Shown: positions 49,178 to 57,764, numbered from the stretch's first letter. The stretch: 58,485 nucleotides of DNA from Pseudomonadota bacterium (GCA_039795615.1 JBDKLO010000149.1:1-58485); one strand, 5' to 3'. Numbers and translations: made by a program. The notes: generated by a model from the letters alone, not told the origin.

Positions 49178-49932
49178 TTTTCTTGAACCCTTCGGAACAA
49201 AAGCAGGGGGAGCCGTACCATGAACCCCGAGAGAAGCCTCAGGTGCATCCCGGTCAGGAGCACATTGTCACGACCATATTGGAAGTGGGATACCCCGCCA
49301 TCGGAAGGTTTGGGATAGCGAACCTTGGCAGGCACGTTGACCGCCTGAACCCCTGCCCAGCGAAGTCTGACAACAGCTTCGGGGTCAAAATCGAAGCGTC
49401 GCATCCATGAGGTCTTTTGCATGATCTCGAGCAGCGGGTTGAGAGGGTAGACCCTGAAACCAAACAAGGAATCACCAATCCCTGTCCATAGGGTTTCAAG
49501 ATTGGCCCACCAATTGGAGATCTGACGGCCTTTGACGCGAATGGCCGGGGCGTCTTCATCAAAGACGGGAACGCCCAAAATCATCGCATGGGGATGATTC
49601 CGCGCAGTTTCGATAAAGTCACGGATCCGATCTGCAGGGTGTTGGCCATCCGCATCCATGGTGAGGACATGGGTATAGCCACGTGCCTTGGCCCACATCA
49701 GTCCCTTCAATACGGCCGCCCCTTTGCCTTCATTTTGGGCGCTCCGAATCAAATGAAGTCCGGGATACCTTTGAGTTGCCGATTCGATGGCATCGTCCGA
49801 TCCATCGGTCGAACCGTCGGAGACCACCAGGATGGGCTGAAAAACCTCAAGGGCACCAAGAACCGTTTCCATTCCCTTGCTGCCGGGGTTGTAACTGGGA
49901 ATCAAGACCAGAGGGTTGATGTCGATTTGCAT
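49171..49932 (-). CDS. Family-2 glycosyltransferase
   Basis: LIPSYNPG, VVSDGSTDGSDD, TMDADGQH (DxD region). Confidence 0.85.
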   Translation of the reverse strand: MQIDINPLVLIPSYNPGSKGMETVLGALEVFQPILVVSDGSTDGSDDAIESATQRYPGLHLIRSAQNEGKGAAVLKGLMWAKARGYTHVLTMDADGQHPADRIRDFIETARNHPHAMILGVPVFDEDAPAIRVKGRQISNWWANLETLWTGIGDSLFGFRVYPLNPLLEIMQKTSWMRRFDFDPEAVVRLRWAGVQAVNVPAKVRYPKPSDGGVSHFQYGRDNVLLTGMHLRLLSGFMVRLPLLLFRRVQENH

Positions 49933-49963
49933 CAGGATGGGATCTGGGTCGCCGGACTCAAAG

Positions 49964-50731
49964 CTAGAGGGTATCGTGGAAATAGTCTTCCACCTCTTTC
50001 GTCAGGAAGCGAACATTTTTTTCGGGCGTGAAGGTTCTTCCCGGTGTGATCGACATGACGATCGGAAGCTCGGGCGGGGTGAACAGGGGAGACTCTTTGC
50101 CAAGAAACCCTGATGGATTTTGGATCAATACGGTCTGAATGGGGGCACGCGCTCTCCAGGCGATTAGAAATGGACTCACTTTCAGGGGTGAGATGGGGTG
50201 ATTTTCGGTGCGCGTCCCTTCAGGAAACATCAACACGTGCTGTCCTTTATTCAGGGCCTTTACGGCTTGTCGAATCATGTCGTGGGTTCGATCGTTCGGG
50301 ATGTACCCGGCCAGCCGGGCTCCGGCACCAAATAAGGGATGATTAAGCAGTGAGGATTTTAAGATGCAAGTGGCATCAGGAAGCAGTGTCAAAAGGATGA
50401 CGGCATCCAGTAGTCCCGGATGATTGGGGGCGATGATCGAGGGTGGGGATGATGAAATGGATTCCCAATCCGCTATGTTGAGTTTTAACCAGCCCAGTTT
50501 TTGAAGCATGGTCAGATAGAAAGAGAATCCAAGACGGATGATGGATCTTCCGAGCTTTTGGAATTGATCCTTTCGGTTAAGTGCTAATAACACCAGAGCG
50601 AAGGGTGACCACAGGAGACAAATGACGGCCAATAGACCCAGTCCACCCCAGAGGCGAAAAGATGACCCAAGTCGAGAGGATAAGTTATGAGCGTTGGGCT
50701 TGCGCATCTCGGAGAGCGAGAGTTGGTACAA
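49964..50731 (-). CDS. PlsC-type 1-acyl-glycerol-3-phosphate acyltransferase-like protein
   Basis: HX4D block APNHPGLLD and the FPEGTRT block. N-terminal TM segment. Confidence 0.85.
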   Translation of the reverse strand: MYQLSLSEMRKPNAHNLSSRLGSSFRLWGGLGLLAVICLLWSPFALVLLALNRKDQFQKLGRSIIRLGFSFYLTMLQKLGWLKLNIADWESISSSPPSIIAPNHPGLLDAVILLTLLPDATCILKSSLLNHPLFGAGARLAGYIPNDRTHDMIRQAVKALNKGQHVLMFPEGTRTENHPISPLKVSPFLIAWRARAPIQTVLIQNPSGFLGKESPLFTPPELPIVMSITPGRTFTPEKNVRFLTKEVEDYFHDTL

Positions 50732-50759
50732 TCATCCGACCAATTAGGAGGAGTATCCC

Positions 50760-51104
50760 ATGAGCACACCGGCTTTGCCGCAGTTTTATACCTACACGGC
50801 TGGTCAGTTCCATAAGGCTGATGTCACCCGTTATTTTGGCGGTAAGGCGAAAAGCCCTGCCGATATCGTTGCTACGATCAAGGCAGATGGTTACGAGTCA
50901 ATGACCCGTGGTGACATCGATGCCGGAGAAGTAACTTTTGCGTTGTGGGAAGGTCCCGGCCATCAGTGCGTGGTCCAGATCACCAGCGCTGGGGTTCCTC
51001 CGCACATCATTTATCTTGATGGTCTTTTGAACTGGCTGGAATTTCAGGGGCACATCCTCTCTCCAGCACTGAGCGTGTCACGCCACGTTCACGGCGACGC
51101 CTGA
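50760..51104 (+). CDS. Hypothetical protein (114 aa)
   Basis: An AGGAGG Shine-Dalgarno lies 8 nt upstream of the ATG. I recognise no family. Confidence 0.55.
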   Translation: MSTPALPQFYTYTAGQFHKADVTRYFGGKAKSPADIVATIKADGYESMTRGDIDAGEVTFALWEGPGHQCVVQITSAGVPPHIIYLDGLLNWLEFQGHILSPALSVSRHVHGDA

Positions 51105-51180
51105 TGGGTCTTTATCCGGCTCTCTACTATGGGGAGCCGGGTCGCCTCGGGATCTTTGCCTTGAAGGCCTTCCTCTTCGA

Positions 51181-51405
51181 CTAAATCGCCATCACGGCTA
51201 AGACGATCATGAGGAACGACCAACGTGGAAAGATATTGCGGTGTTCCCGAACCTTGAATTCATCCACAACGCTCAACCAGTCAATAGCCCTCTCCGCAGG
51301 ACCTGGCGGATAACTGGGAACGGTGGATAAAGGGTGATGGGTCGAAAGACCGTGACCTAAAAATCGTGTTCTTCTGCTTCGGGCACTGGAATATCTGACG
51401 GTCAT
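51181..51405 (-). CDS. Hypothetical small tail-anchored membrane protein (74 aa)
   Basis: An AGGAGA Shine-Dalgarno lies 4 nt upstream of the ATG. Single C-terminal TM helix (WSFLMIVLAVMAI). Confidence 0.4.
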   Translation of the reverse strand: MTVRYSSARSRRTRFLGHGLSTHHPLSTVPSYPPGPAERAIDWLSVVDEFKVREHRNIFPRWSFLMIVLAVMAI

Positions 51406-51528
51406 GAGATCTCCTGGGTAACGGGGTCTTTCTTCTGGTTGAAATCAACCGTGTTTTTCTGGGGAGGGTACCACACGGGTTAAGCTTCCCCGTCCGTCAG
51501 TATCTTTTTACCAACTGGTCAGGAAATT

Positions 51529-51867
51529 ATGTTGCGCACGCTTTCCCCTTATTTCCTCGTTTTTAGCCTACTTGTGACCCTGCCGGTCGCTGCTGACTGG
51601 TGGTCGGATAATGGGGATTCTGCAGGAGCAGAAGATATCGACTCCGGAGCCACTTCGGAAACAACCGCTAATGATGATCTGGTCCGAGATGCACAGGGTC
51701 CAGGTCAGCCCCAAAACAATTCACAGAATCAGGCACCGATGATCTACGACGCATGGGGGCGACCCTACGTTTATGGCATGCCTTATGGCTATGGTCCTGG
51801 GTTTGGATATGGCATGGGGTACATGGCAGGTCCCTATACGCGAGGCGGTGGAAATCCCAGACGCTAG
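51529..51867 (+). CDS. Secreted Gly/Tyr/Pro-rich small protein (sulfur-globule-protein-like composition)
   Basis: Signal peptide MLRTLSPYFLVFSLLVTLPVAA. Low-complexity C-terminus WGRPYVYGMPYGYGPGFGYGMGYMAGPYTRGGG. Confidence 0.6.
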   Translation: MLRTLSPYFLVFSLLVTLPVAADWWSDNGDSAGAEDIDSGATSETTANDDLVRDAQGPGQPQNNSQNQAPMIYDAWGRPYVYGMPYGYGPGFGYGMGYMAGPYTRGGGNPRR

Positions 51868-52193
51868 GGAAAATAGATCGAGTGTTCTGTCTAAACTATT
51901 CGAAAATGAGCCCCATCGGGGGGGCATGAAAGCCTTGATCTGTCGCTTATTTATGGCCAACGCACCTTTTGTTAGAGTAATTTTCTACACGCAGGAAGCT
52001 AGAAACCTTCCATCGCGTTGAGGCTAGGATAATCTGCTGGAACAGGCTTCCCAGCTGGGTTTACGGGTTCGCCCCTTTGGATGAGTCCTTGATGCAACTA
52101 ACTTAAAGACGATTCAGTTTCCGTTATCCCAGTTGGCTTCGGTAGATCCTTGGAGCATTTATCCTGAAAACCGAATACTGTCGAATCGTTGCG

Positions 52194-54287
52194 TTGATTC
52201 CGTTGCTGGTGGCTTGGGGGGCTGTCCTGGCGAATGGAGGTATCGTGACCGATGGAACGGTGGGGACTGCCGGACATCTCGGTGCTCCGCAGGCCTTGTC
52301 CGGTTCTGATGTAAAGATCACGCAGGACATGGGGACCACTGCCGGCCACAATGTTTTTCAGAGCTTTAAAGAGTTCAATATTGGTTCTGGCCAAACCGTT
52401 ACTTTTACTGAGAGCTCGACGAACTTCGTCAATAACGTCATCGCCCGGGTAACTGGCAAAGACACCTCCAACATCAATGGCACCCTTAGCGTTACACCGG
52501 GTGGCCACGCTAACTTTTACCTTTTAAACCCGAACGGGGTCATGTTTGGTCATGGGGCGCAGATTGATGTCCCCGGGGACTTTCACGTTACCACGGCTCA
52601 CTTTGTCAAATTTCAGGATGGCGCGAAGTACGGTTCCGATCCCGTTCATAGTCATCTTTCCACCACAGAACCTGCTTCGTTTGGATTCTCATCCAGCTCT
52701 CACAGTAACAATGTCCTGATCGATGTCACAGATGGCGCTCAGCTTAAAAATCCGACCACGCCAAATACAGCAATAGACCTAGTCGCTCAGAACATCAAGA
52801 TCGAAAACGGTGCGACGGTCTCCGCTAACGATGTGCGGTTGGTTGCTGCTAAAGGAAATATGTCGGTCAGTCTCTCAAATGACGTTTATGGGAATGTAGT
52901 CTTACCTAAGCTATCGCCGACTGCAGCGAATTCTGGAAAGGTCCTGGTCGATGGAGCGAAGACATTGGTGACTAGCGGCGGTGACGGTGGAGGTCGGGTG
53001 GCCGTTTGGGGTAATGATGTAAGTTTAACCAATCATTCTATGCTCTCCTCTACAAACGAAGGAAGTGTTTCAGCATCCCCTAGTAATGGTATAGATGTGC
53101 GAGGCGTAGATGTATCTGTTAATTACGGATCCAGCATTATATCAATAGCAAAAGGGCAGGCGCAGTCCCGTGGCGGCGACATAAAAATTTCGGCTAGTGG
53201 TAACTTGGTTTTAAAAAACGTAGAAAATCAAAGCGTTTTAAAGCTAAATAAAACCATTGAAGCTATAACGATTGGAGGTGGGGCTGCAGGAAACATCCAT
53301 CTATCTGCGGGAGAAAGAATTGATGCAAAAAATTCATCTATAATATCAATATCGGATGGGCCGGGCGCGGCAGGAAATATATATATGACTTCCTCTAGCG
53401 CAAGAATGAATAACTCTTTCGTCGGAACTGACAACGGACTTCATACTGAAAACTACTGCATGGATTGTGGGGCGTTAGGTTCTATTTACGTGGTTAATAG
53501 TTCGTCGCTAGTGATGTCTAATTCATCTCAGATCTTCTCTGAAAACAACAGCCTTTATAAGGCTGAGAGTAGTCTCTCATCGCTGCCTTCTAAAGGATAT
53601 GGTGGGGGGATAAAAGTCATTGCATCAAGCGTCATTCTCCAGGGGGGGGCGAGCATTAACAGCGTCTCCTTGTTTTCTCCAATGGATCCCGTTTTCGTGC
53701 TCGGAAATAAGGCCATTTCTGTCCTTAACCACTCCAATATAATAACACACCAAGATACGCCATTATACGTATACTCTTTTGGAAACGTTATAGTATCAGG
53801 AAGGTCTGGCATATCTGCATTCGTGCCTCCTATGGATGGGGTTGAGGGTGTTATAGGTGGTGTGCATTTGAGGGCGGAATCCCTCGTTCTAAATGATCAT
53901 GCATTCATTGGAACGGCTGCTTCAAAGGGGCGAGCTGTGGGGGGTGGGGTTTATTTGAATGTGAGAGGGTTGTTTAGTGTCGGTAACGTTCTTAATGGTA
54001 ATATTTTTACAGGCGGCGATGAAATAATCCCCAGGAATCCAATAGATACTCTATCCAATATACCTGTCGGAGGCAGCCAGTTAGGGGCGGTCGGAACAAA
54101 AGCAAACACCGTTTTAAGCGGCTCGCTCCTCAATCTCAGTGGTGCTATGGCGAATCTCCCGCCTGCTAAATTCAAGTTGATAGAAATTCCGAATGCCTGT
54201 GAGGTGGCCAACACAGGAAGCCTGAGCCTGAGTGGTAAGGGGCGGAATTCATCAAGCGCTTTAGATCGAGTGATCTATGGTTACTAG
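52194..54287 (+). CDS. TpsA-like exoprotein (filamentous-haemagglutinin-type TPS domain plus beta-helix repeats), 697 aa
   Basis: TPS/haemagglutination-activity domain motifs: NVFQSFKEFNIGSGQTVTF, NVIARVTG, SNINGTL, FYLLNPNGVMFG. Downstream repeats are of the GGAAGNIHLSAG / GPGAAGNIYMTS type. TTG start. Confidence 0.85.
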   Translation: MIPLLVAWGAVLANGGIVTDGTVGTAGHLGAPQALSGSDVKITQDMGTTAGHNVFQSFKEFNIGSGQTVTFTESSTNFVNNVIARVTGKDTSNINGTLSVTPGGHANFYLLNPNGVMFGHGAQIDVPGDFHVTTAHFVKFQDGAKYGSDPVHSHLSTTEPASFGFSSSSHSNNVLIDVTDGAQLKNPTTPNTAIDLVAQNIKIENGATVSANDVRLVAAKGNMSVSLSNDVYGNVVLPKLSPTAANSGKVLVDGAKTLVTSGGDGGGRVAVWGNDVSLTNHSMLSSTNEGSVSASPSNGIDVRGVDVSVNYGSSIISIAKGQAQSRGGDIKISASGNLVLKNVENQSVLKLNKTIEAITIGGGAAGNIHLSAGERIDAKNSSIISISDGPGAAGNIYMTSSSARMNNSFVGTDNGLHTENYCMDCGALGSIYVVNSSSLVMSNSSQIFSENNSLYKAESSLSSLPSKGYGGGIKVIASSVILQGGASINSVSLFSPMDPVFVLGNKAISVLNHSNIITHQDTPLYVYSFGNVIVSGRSGISAFVPPMDGVEGVIGGVHLRAESLVLNDHAFIGTAASKGRAVGGGVYLNVRGLFSVGNVLNGNIFTGGDEIIPRNPIDTLSNIPVGGSQLGAVGTKANTVLSGSLLNLSGAMANLPPAKFKLIEIPNACEVANTGSLSLSGKGRNSSSALDRVIYGY

Positions 54288-54532
54288 AGTGCAACTTGCC
54301 CACAAACTCGGTTATCAGAAATAAATATCGATCACAAAAGTTTGGTTTCTTGCGTTATTAGAATTGAGCAGTTATCAGTCTGCTAGGCTCCCGGTCCTAT
54401 TCTTATAAAGATATTGACCCGGATTAGTTTGTTGAATGGGCTATATAGTTGATTCTTTCTATTTCGACTGTTTTGGTTAAAAGCGATGGCGCGATTTTAG
54501 ATATAGCCCGCGTTAAATAGAGAGGATCCGCT

Positions 54533-55324
54533 TTATGCCTCGTGCTGCTCCTCGATATGCTGCTTGAGTTGTCTAAACTCACCGTCACTGACATGGAACA
54601 TTCCAGAGTATGGTTGACCGAACGCCATGACAAGGATGAGATTAGTGCCGATCACGGCGCTGATCATCATGAGCATGGCTATTTGTATAGTTTGGTTTGT
54701 TGTAAAGAAGTAAGTAAAGAAAAGTGTGACAAACCCACCGAGCAAAAGGCAGAACCACTCGATCCCCGGAATACCATCTTCACTCTCCTGAAGGCGTTGC
54801 CTTGCTGAATCCATCGCGGATATGGCCTCGCTGGTCATGAGCGGCAAGATCGCAAGCTGAGAGGGCGTTGTCGGCTCGACGGTGTTGATTTCATGAATCA
54901 GATCATGCATTAACTTTCTGGAAAGAGGGCATGCCTTTCCTTCAGTCATCATTTGCCACTCGCTTGCAATCACGGCGCTGACATAGCCATGGATTAAGTC
55001 CTGTATCTGACGCCGATCATCCGAAGAAAAACGCTCACTTAACGAGTGAACTGCTGAAAGCGATTTGGCCTCGTTTTTTACCGTGATATTGGCTTTCTCA
55101 TAGGATTCGAGTGAATCAAATACGATCAGCCCCAAGGTGACGGCATAGATCGAGCTGACCACGGTCAGATAGTGGCCGGCAACATCGTGGAGTTCCTTAA
55201 TGCGACTCTCTCCGATAAGGGAGCGGAAGACGACAAGGCCTAGAATCGACATGAACGAAATCAGGGCGATGATCGCCACTGAAGTCAGCGTGAAGTTCAG
55301 TGAGAGGAACTGATGAATATCCAT
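54533..55324 (-). CDS. DUF4239-family membrane protein (paralogue of 17231-18007)
   Basis: Same 2+2 TM architecture. EAKSLSAVHSLSERF...LIHGYVSAVIASEWQMM and the C-terminal FGQPYSGMFHVSDGEF are DUF4239-like. Confidence 0.75.
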   Translation of the reverse strand: MDIHQFLSLNFTLTSVAIIALISFMSILGLVVFRSLIGESRIKELHDVAGHYLTVVSSIYAVTLGLIVFDSLESYEKANITVKNEAKSLSAVHSLSERFSSDDRRQIQDLIHGYVSAVIASEWQMMTEGKACPLSRKLMHDLIHEINTVEPTTPSQLAILPLMTSEAISAMDSARQRLQESEDGIPGIEWFCLLLGGFVTLFFTYFFTTNQTIQIAMLMMISAVIGTNLILVMAFGQPYSGMFHVSDGEFRQLKQHIEEQHEA

Positions 55325-55453
55325 GGTGTTTGACTCGGTCTAATTGTGTACGCGGAGCACAGCGCTGCTTTAGATGGGCCACAAAAATCCCATGCAGGAT
55401 TAATGTTGCAACCAATGGGACCTACGGGGGGGTGTCGCGTTGCCAGCGAGCAC

Positions 55454-55481
55454 AAAAAAACCCTCTCAGGGAGGGCTTTTT
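55454..55481 (-). terminator. Rho-independent terminator downstream of tRNA-Ser
   Basis: A7 (55454-55460), hairpin CCCTC-tcagg-GAGGG (55461-55475), then CTTTTT. On the minus strand this reads as a hairpin followed by U7. Confidence 0.7.
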
Positions 55482-55488
55482 GAAAGGA

Positions 55489-55576
<88 letters not shown>

Positions 55577-55696
55577 ACGCAATGCGGTCAAGGTGATGTG
55601 CGATTCAAAAGAATCTTTCCACCCTGCCGACCCGCTCATTATAGCCATCCCATCCAGTAATTGCTATCCATTCCCGTGTCAGAACTTGCCCGCCTC

Positions 55697-55726
55697 TTGA
55701 TTCTCCTAGGAATTCTTTGAAATAAT
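55697..55726 (+). promoter_or_regulatory. Candidate sigma70 promoter of the cytochrome c gene
   Basis: TTGATT (55697-55702), an 18-nt spacer, then AATAAT (55721-55726), about 85 nt upstream of ATG 55810. Sequence match only. Confidence 0.3.
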
Positions 55727-55809
55727 CCACCATCCGCAAAGGGATCTCTCATGGAGACTCTCCCGGATGCAAACTATTTGCCCTTCTGGAATTATCGGAA
55801 CATAAAAAA

Positions 55810-56148
55810 ATGAAGACTCTGAAAGGTATCCTCGTTGTTGCTGGTCTTGCTGTTGCCAGCGCGTCTTTCGCTGGTGAACCGAGCGCTGAAATCGGTGAAA
55901 AGATCTACACCCGTGCTTTTGGCCGTGGCTGTGGCACCTGCCATGACGTTCAGCCGAACCCGAACCTCTTCGAAAGCGTTAACAAGCTGAGCAAGGAAGA
56001 ACTGACCAAGGTTCTCGTTGAAGGTCGTAACGCGATGCCGAAGGCCATGGATCAGATCATGAATCTCGGTCCGGTCAAGAGCGCTGGTCTGACCCAGGAA
56101 CAGGCGGTTGATTCTCTGATCATCTACCTCAAGGCTGGCAAGAAGTAA
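55810..56148 (+). CDS. Small periplasmic monohaem c-type cytochrome
   Basis: Signal peptide MKTLKGILVVAGLAVASASFA, a single CGTCH haem site, and Met-ligand region NAMPKAM. Strongly biased codon usage. Confidence 0.9.
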   Translation: MKTLKGILVVAGLAVASASFAGEPSAEIGEKIYTRAFGRGCGTCHDVQPNPNLFESVNKLSKEELTKVLVEGRNAMPKAMDQIMNLGPVKSAGLTQEQAVDSLIIYLKAGKK

Positions 56149-56166
56149 GCTTCGCTGTCATCCTTC

Positions 56167-56196
56167 AAAAACGCCGGGCACTGCCCGGCGTTTTTG
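56167..56196 (+). terminator. Rho-independent terminator of the cytochrome c gene
   Basis: AAAAA-CGCCGGGC-act-GCCCGGCG-TTTTTG: a perfect 8-bp GC stem followed by a T-run. Confidence 0.85.
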
Positions 56197-56231
56197 TATC
56201 CTTCCTCGCACGAACGGTTACACTGCCGAGA

Positions 56232-57764
56232 TTGCTTTCGACAGTGTCTGACATCCTTTTGAACAGAATCTCCGCTTCCCTGATTCTCTTACTGGCTTCG
56301 GGCTTGTTGGCGTCCTGCACGCACGCCCCAGCGCCGTCTTCCTATGCAGCCAGCCGGCCGCATGTCTATACGCCTTATTCGGGTGCTACGGCGACTCAGG
56401 CATCGAATGATGAGGATCAGCTAACGCGTCTTCAACTGGCATTACTGGATCCTCCGAATACCATGAGTATGGTGGGACGTGCGGTTGAAAGTCATCGTCG
56501 CGCCATTGAAGAAGAACAGCGACTGAGGGACTTCGCTTCCCGCCAAATTCGTCCTGGCAAAGGTAAAAAAGGCAGCAAAACCCTGGCTGCCCCGGGCTCG
56601 TTGGCGCAAAAGTCGGGAGGAGCCGTTTATCAGGCGGATCTGAGCGGTTTGGGAATTAGTTGCGGTACGGGCTATACCGGAGACAAGTTCAGTGAGCCTC
56701 ATCTCAAATCGGTCATGATGCAGAAAAGCTGTCTTTCCCCTGGGGATGGGAGAGGGGCAGGGCGGGGCACCAAATCGACGGTTCGACTCTCTGGAATCAA
56801 TGGCAATCTTTGGGATGGAGTCCGCGCAGGGCTCGTTCTGCACACCATTGAACATGAAAAGATCAAGGCATTCCTAGACTATTTGAGGCAAAAACCCGCC
56901 ACCGTCGATTTTCTGATGGGCCGCGCCGAACCCTATCTTCATTATCTTCTGGGTGAGTTAAAGCGCGAAGGATTGCCAGCGGACCTCATTCTGGTCCCCA
57001 TGGTGGAAAGTGCCTATCAGACCACAGCGGTCTCACCCAAGCAGGCGGCAGGTCTTTGGCAGTTTGTGCCCAGCACCGGCCAACAATATGGGTTACGCCT
57101 CAGCGAAACCTACGATGGTCGATACGATACGCACCTATCCACACAGGCGGCGCTCCGATACCTGGGCTATCTGAATGAACTTTTTGGGGGGGACTGGAGC
57201 CTGGCGTTAGCTGCGTACAACGCAGGTGAAGGGACAGTTAATCGTGCGATTCAGGCGAATCGCGCTGCAGGAGGCCGGGGAACGTTCTGGGAACTGTCTC
57301 TTCCTCAGGAAACCCAGAACTATGTTCTTAAGATTATTACCTTGTCCCACATCGTCGCCGATCCTTCTGGAAACGGTTTTATGCCTCGAAACGCTCAATC
57401 CAATGGGAGTCTGACGCTCGTAGAGCTACGCCCAGGCCTCAAGATGCTCGACTTGATTGAGAAAACAGGCATAAGTTCGGGTGAGTTCTTCAAGCTGAAC
57501 CCTCATGTCCGTCCCGATGTGATCCCGCCTCCTGAAGCGCGGACGTTCATGTTGCCCGCGGATAAGGTTCAGGTCTTGAGCATGATGTCATCAAGAAATA
57601 TTCGAAATGCGGCCCTCAAGAAGGTGAAAGTCAATCCCGGCGAGACAGCGACGGATGTCGCCAAGCGAATCGGTGTACCCTTGAAGCAGTTACTGGAATG
57701 GAATGGTCTTGGCCCCAAGGAGAAACTCAAGGGGGGGCAAGAGCTCACCATTCAGGGCGTTTAG
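56232..57764 (+). CDS. Membrane-bound lytic murein transglycosylase D-like lipoprotein (SLT domain plus LysM)
   Basis: Lipobox LLASC. SLT motifs MVESAYQTTAVSPKQAAGLWQFVPSTG and AAYNAGEGTVNRAI. C-terminal LysM (VNPGETATDVAKRIGVPLKQLLEWNGL). TTG start. Confidence 0.85.
   Translation: MLSTVSDILLNRISASLILLLASGLLASCTHAPAPSSYAASRPHVYTPYSGATATQASNDEDQLTRLQLALLDPPNTMSMVGRAVESHRRAIEEEQRLRDFASRQIRPGKGKKGSKTLAAPGSLAQKSGGAVYQADLSGLGISCGTGYTGDKFSEPHLKSVMMQKSCLSPGDGRGAGRGTKSTVRLSGINGNLWDGVRAGLVLHTIEHEKIKAFLDYLRQKPATVDFLMGRAEPYLHYLLGELKREGLPADLILVPMVESAYQTTAVSPKQAAGLWQFVPSTGQQYGLRLSETYDGRYDTHLSTQAALRYLGYLNELFGGDWSLALAAYNAGEGTVNRAIQANRAAGGRGTFWELSLPQETQNYVLKIITLSHIVADPSGNGFMPRNAQSNGSLTLVELRPGLKMLDLIEKTGISSGEFFKLNPHVRPDVIPPPEARTFMLPADKVQVLSMMSSRNIRNAALKKVKVNPGETATDVAKRIGVPLKQLLEWNGLGPKEKLKGGQELTIQGV

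Noticed and set aside
53642-53649. A G8 homopolymer inside the TpsA-like gene, considered as a slipped-strand phase-variation switch.
   Set aside because: Equivalent G8/C8 runs occur in ordinary genes and spacers (3870-3877, 17044-17051, 24882-24889), and G7 runs are frequent, so the tract is not special to this gene.
51868-55488. A possible genomic island integrated at the 3' end of tRNA-Ser (lower-GC TpsA passenger, DUF4239 gene).
   Set aside because: There is no integrase, excisionase or transposase. I could not find a direct repeat of the tRNA 3' end in 51.1-52.2 kb. Only 53.0-54.5 kb is clearly AT-rich, and the DUF4239 gene is host-like in composition. It is reported as a compositional observation only, not as a mobile element.
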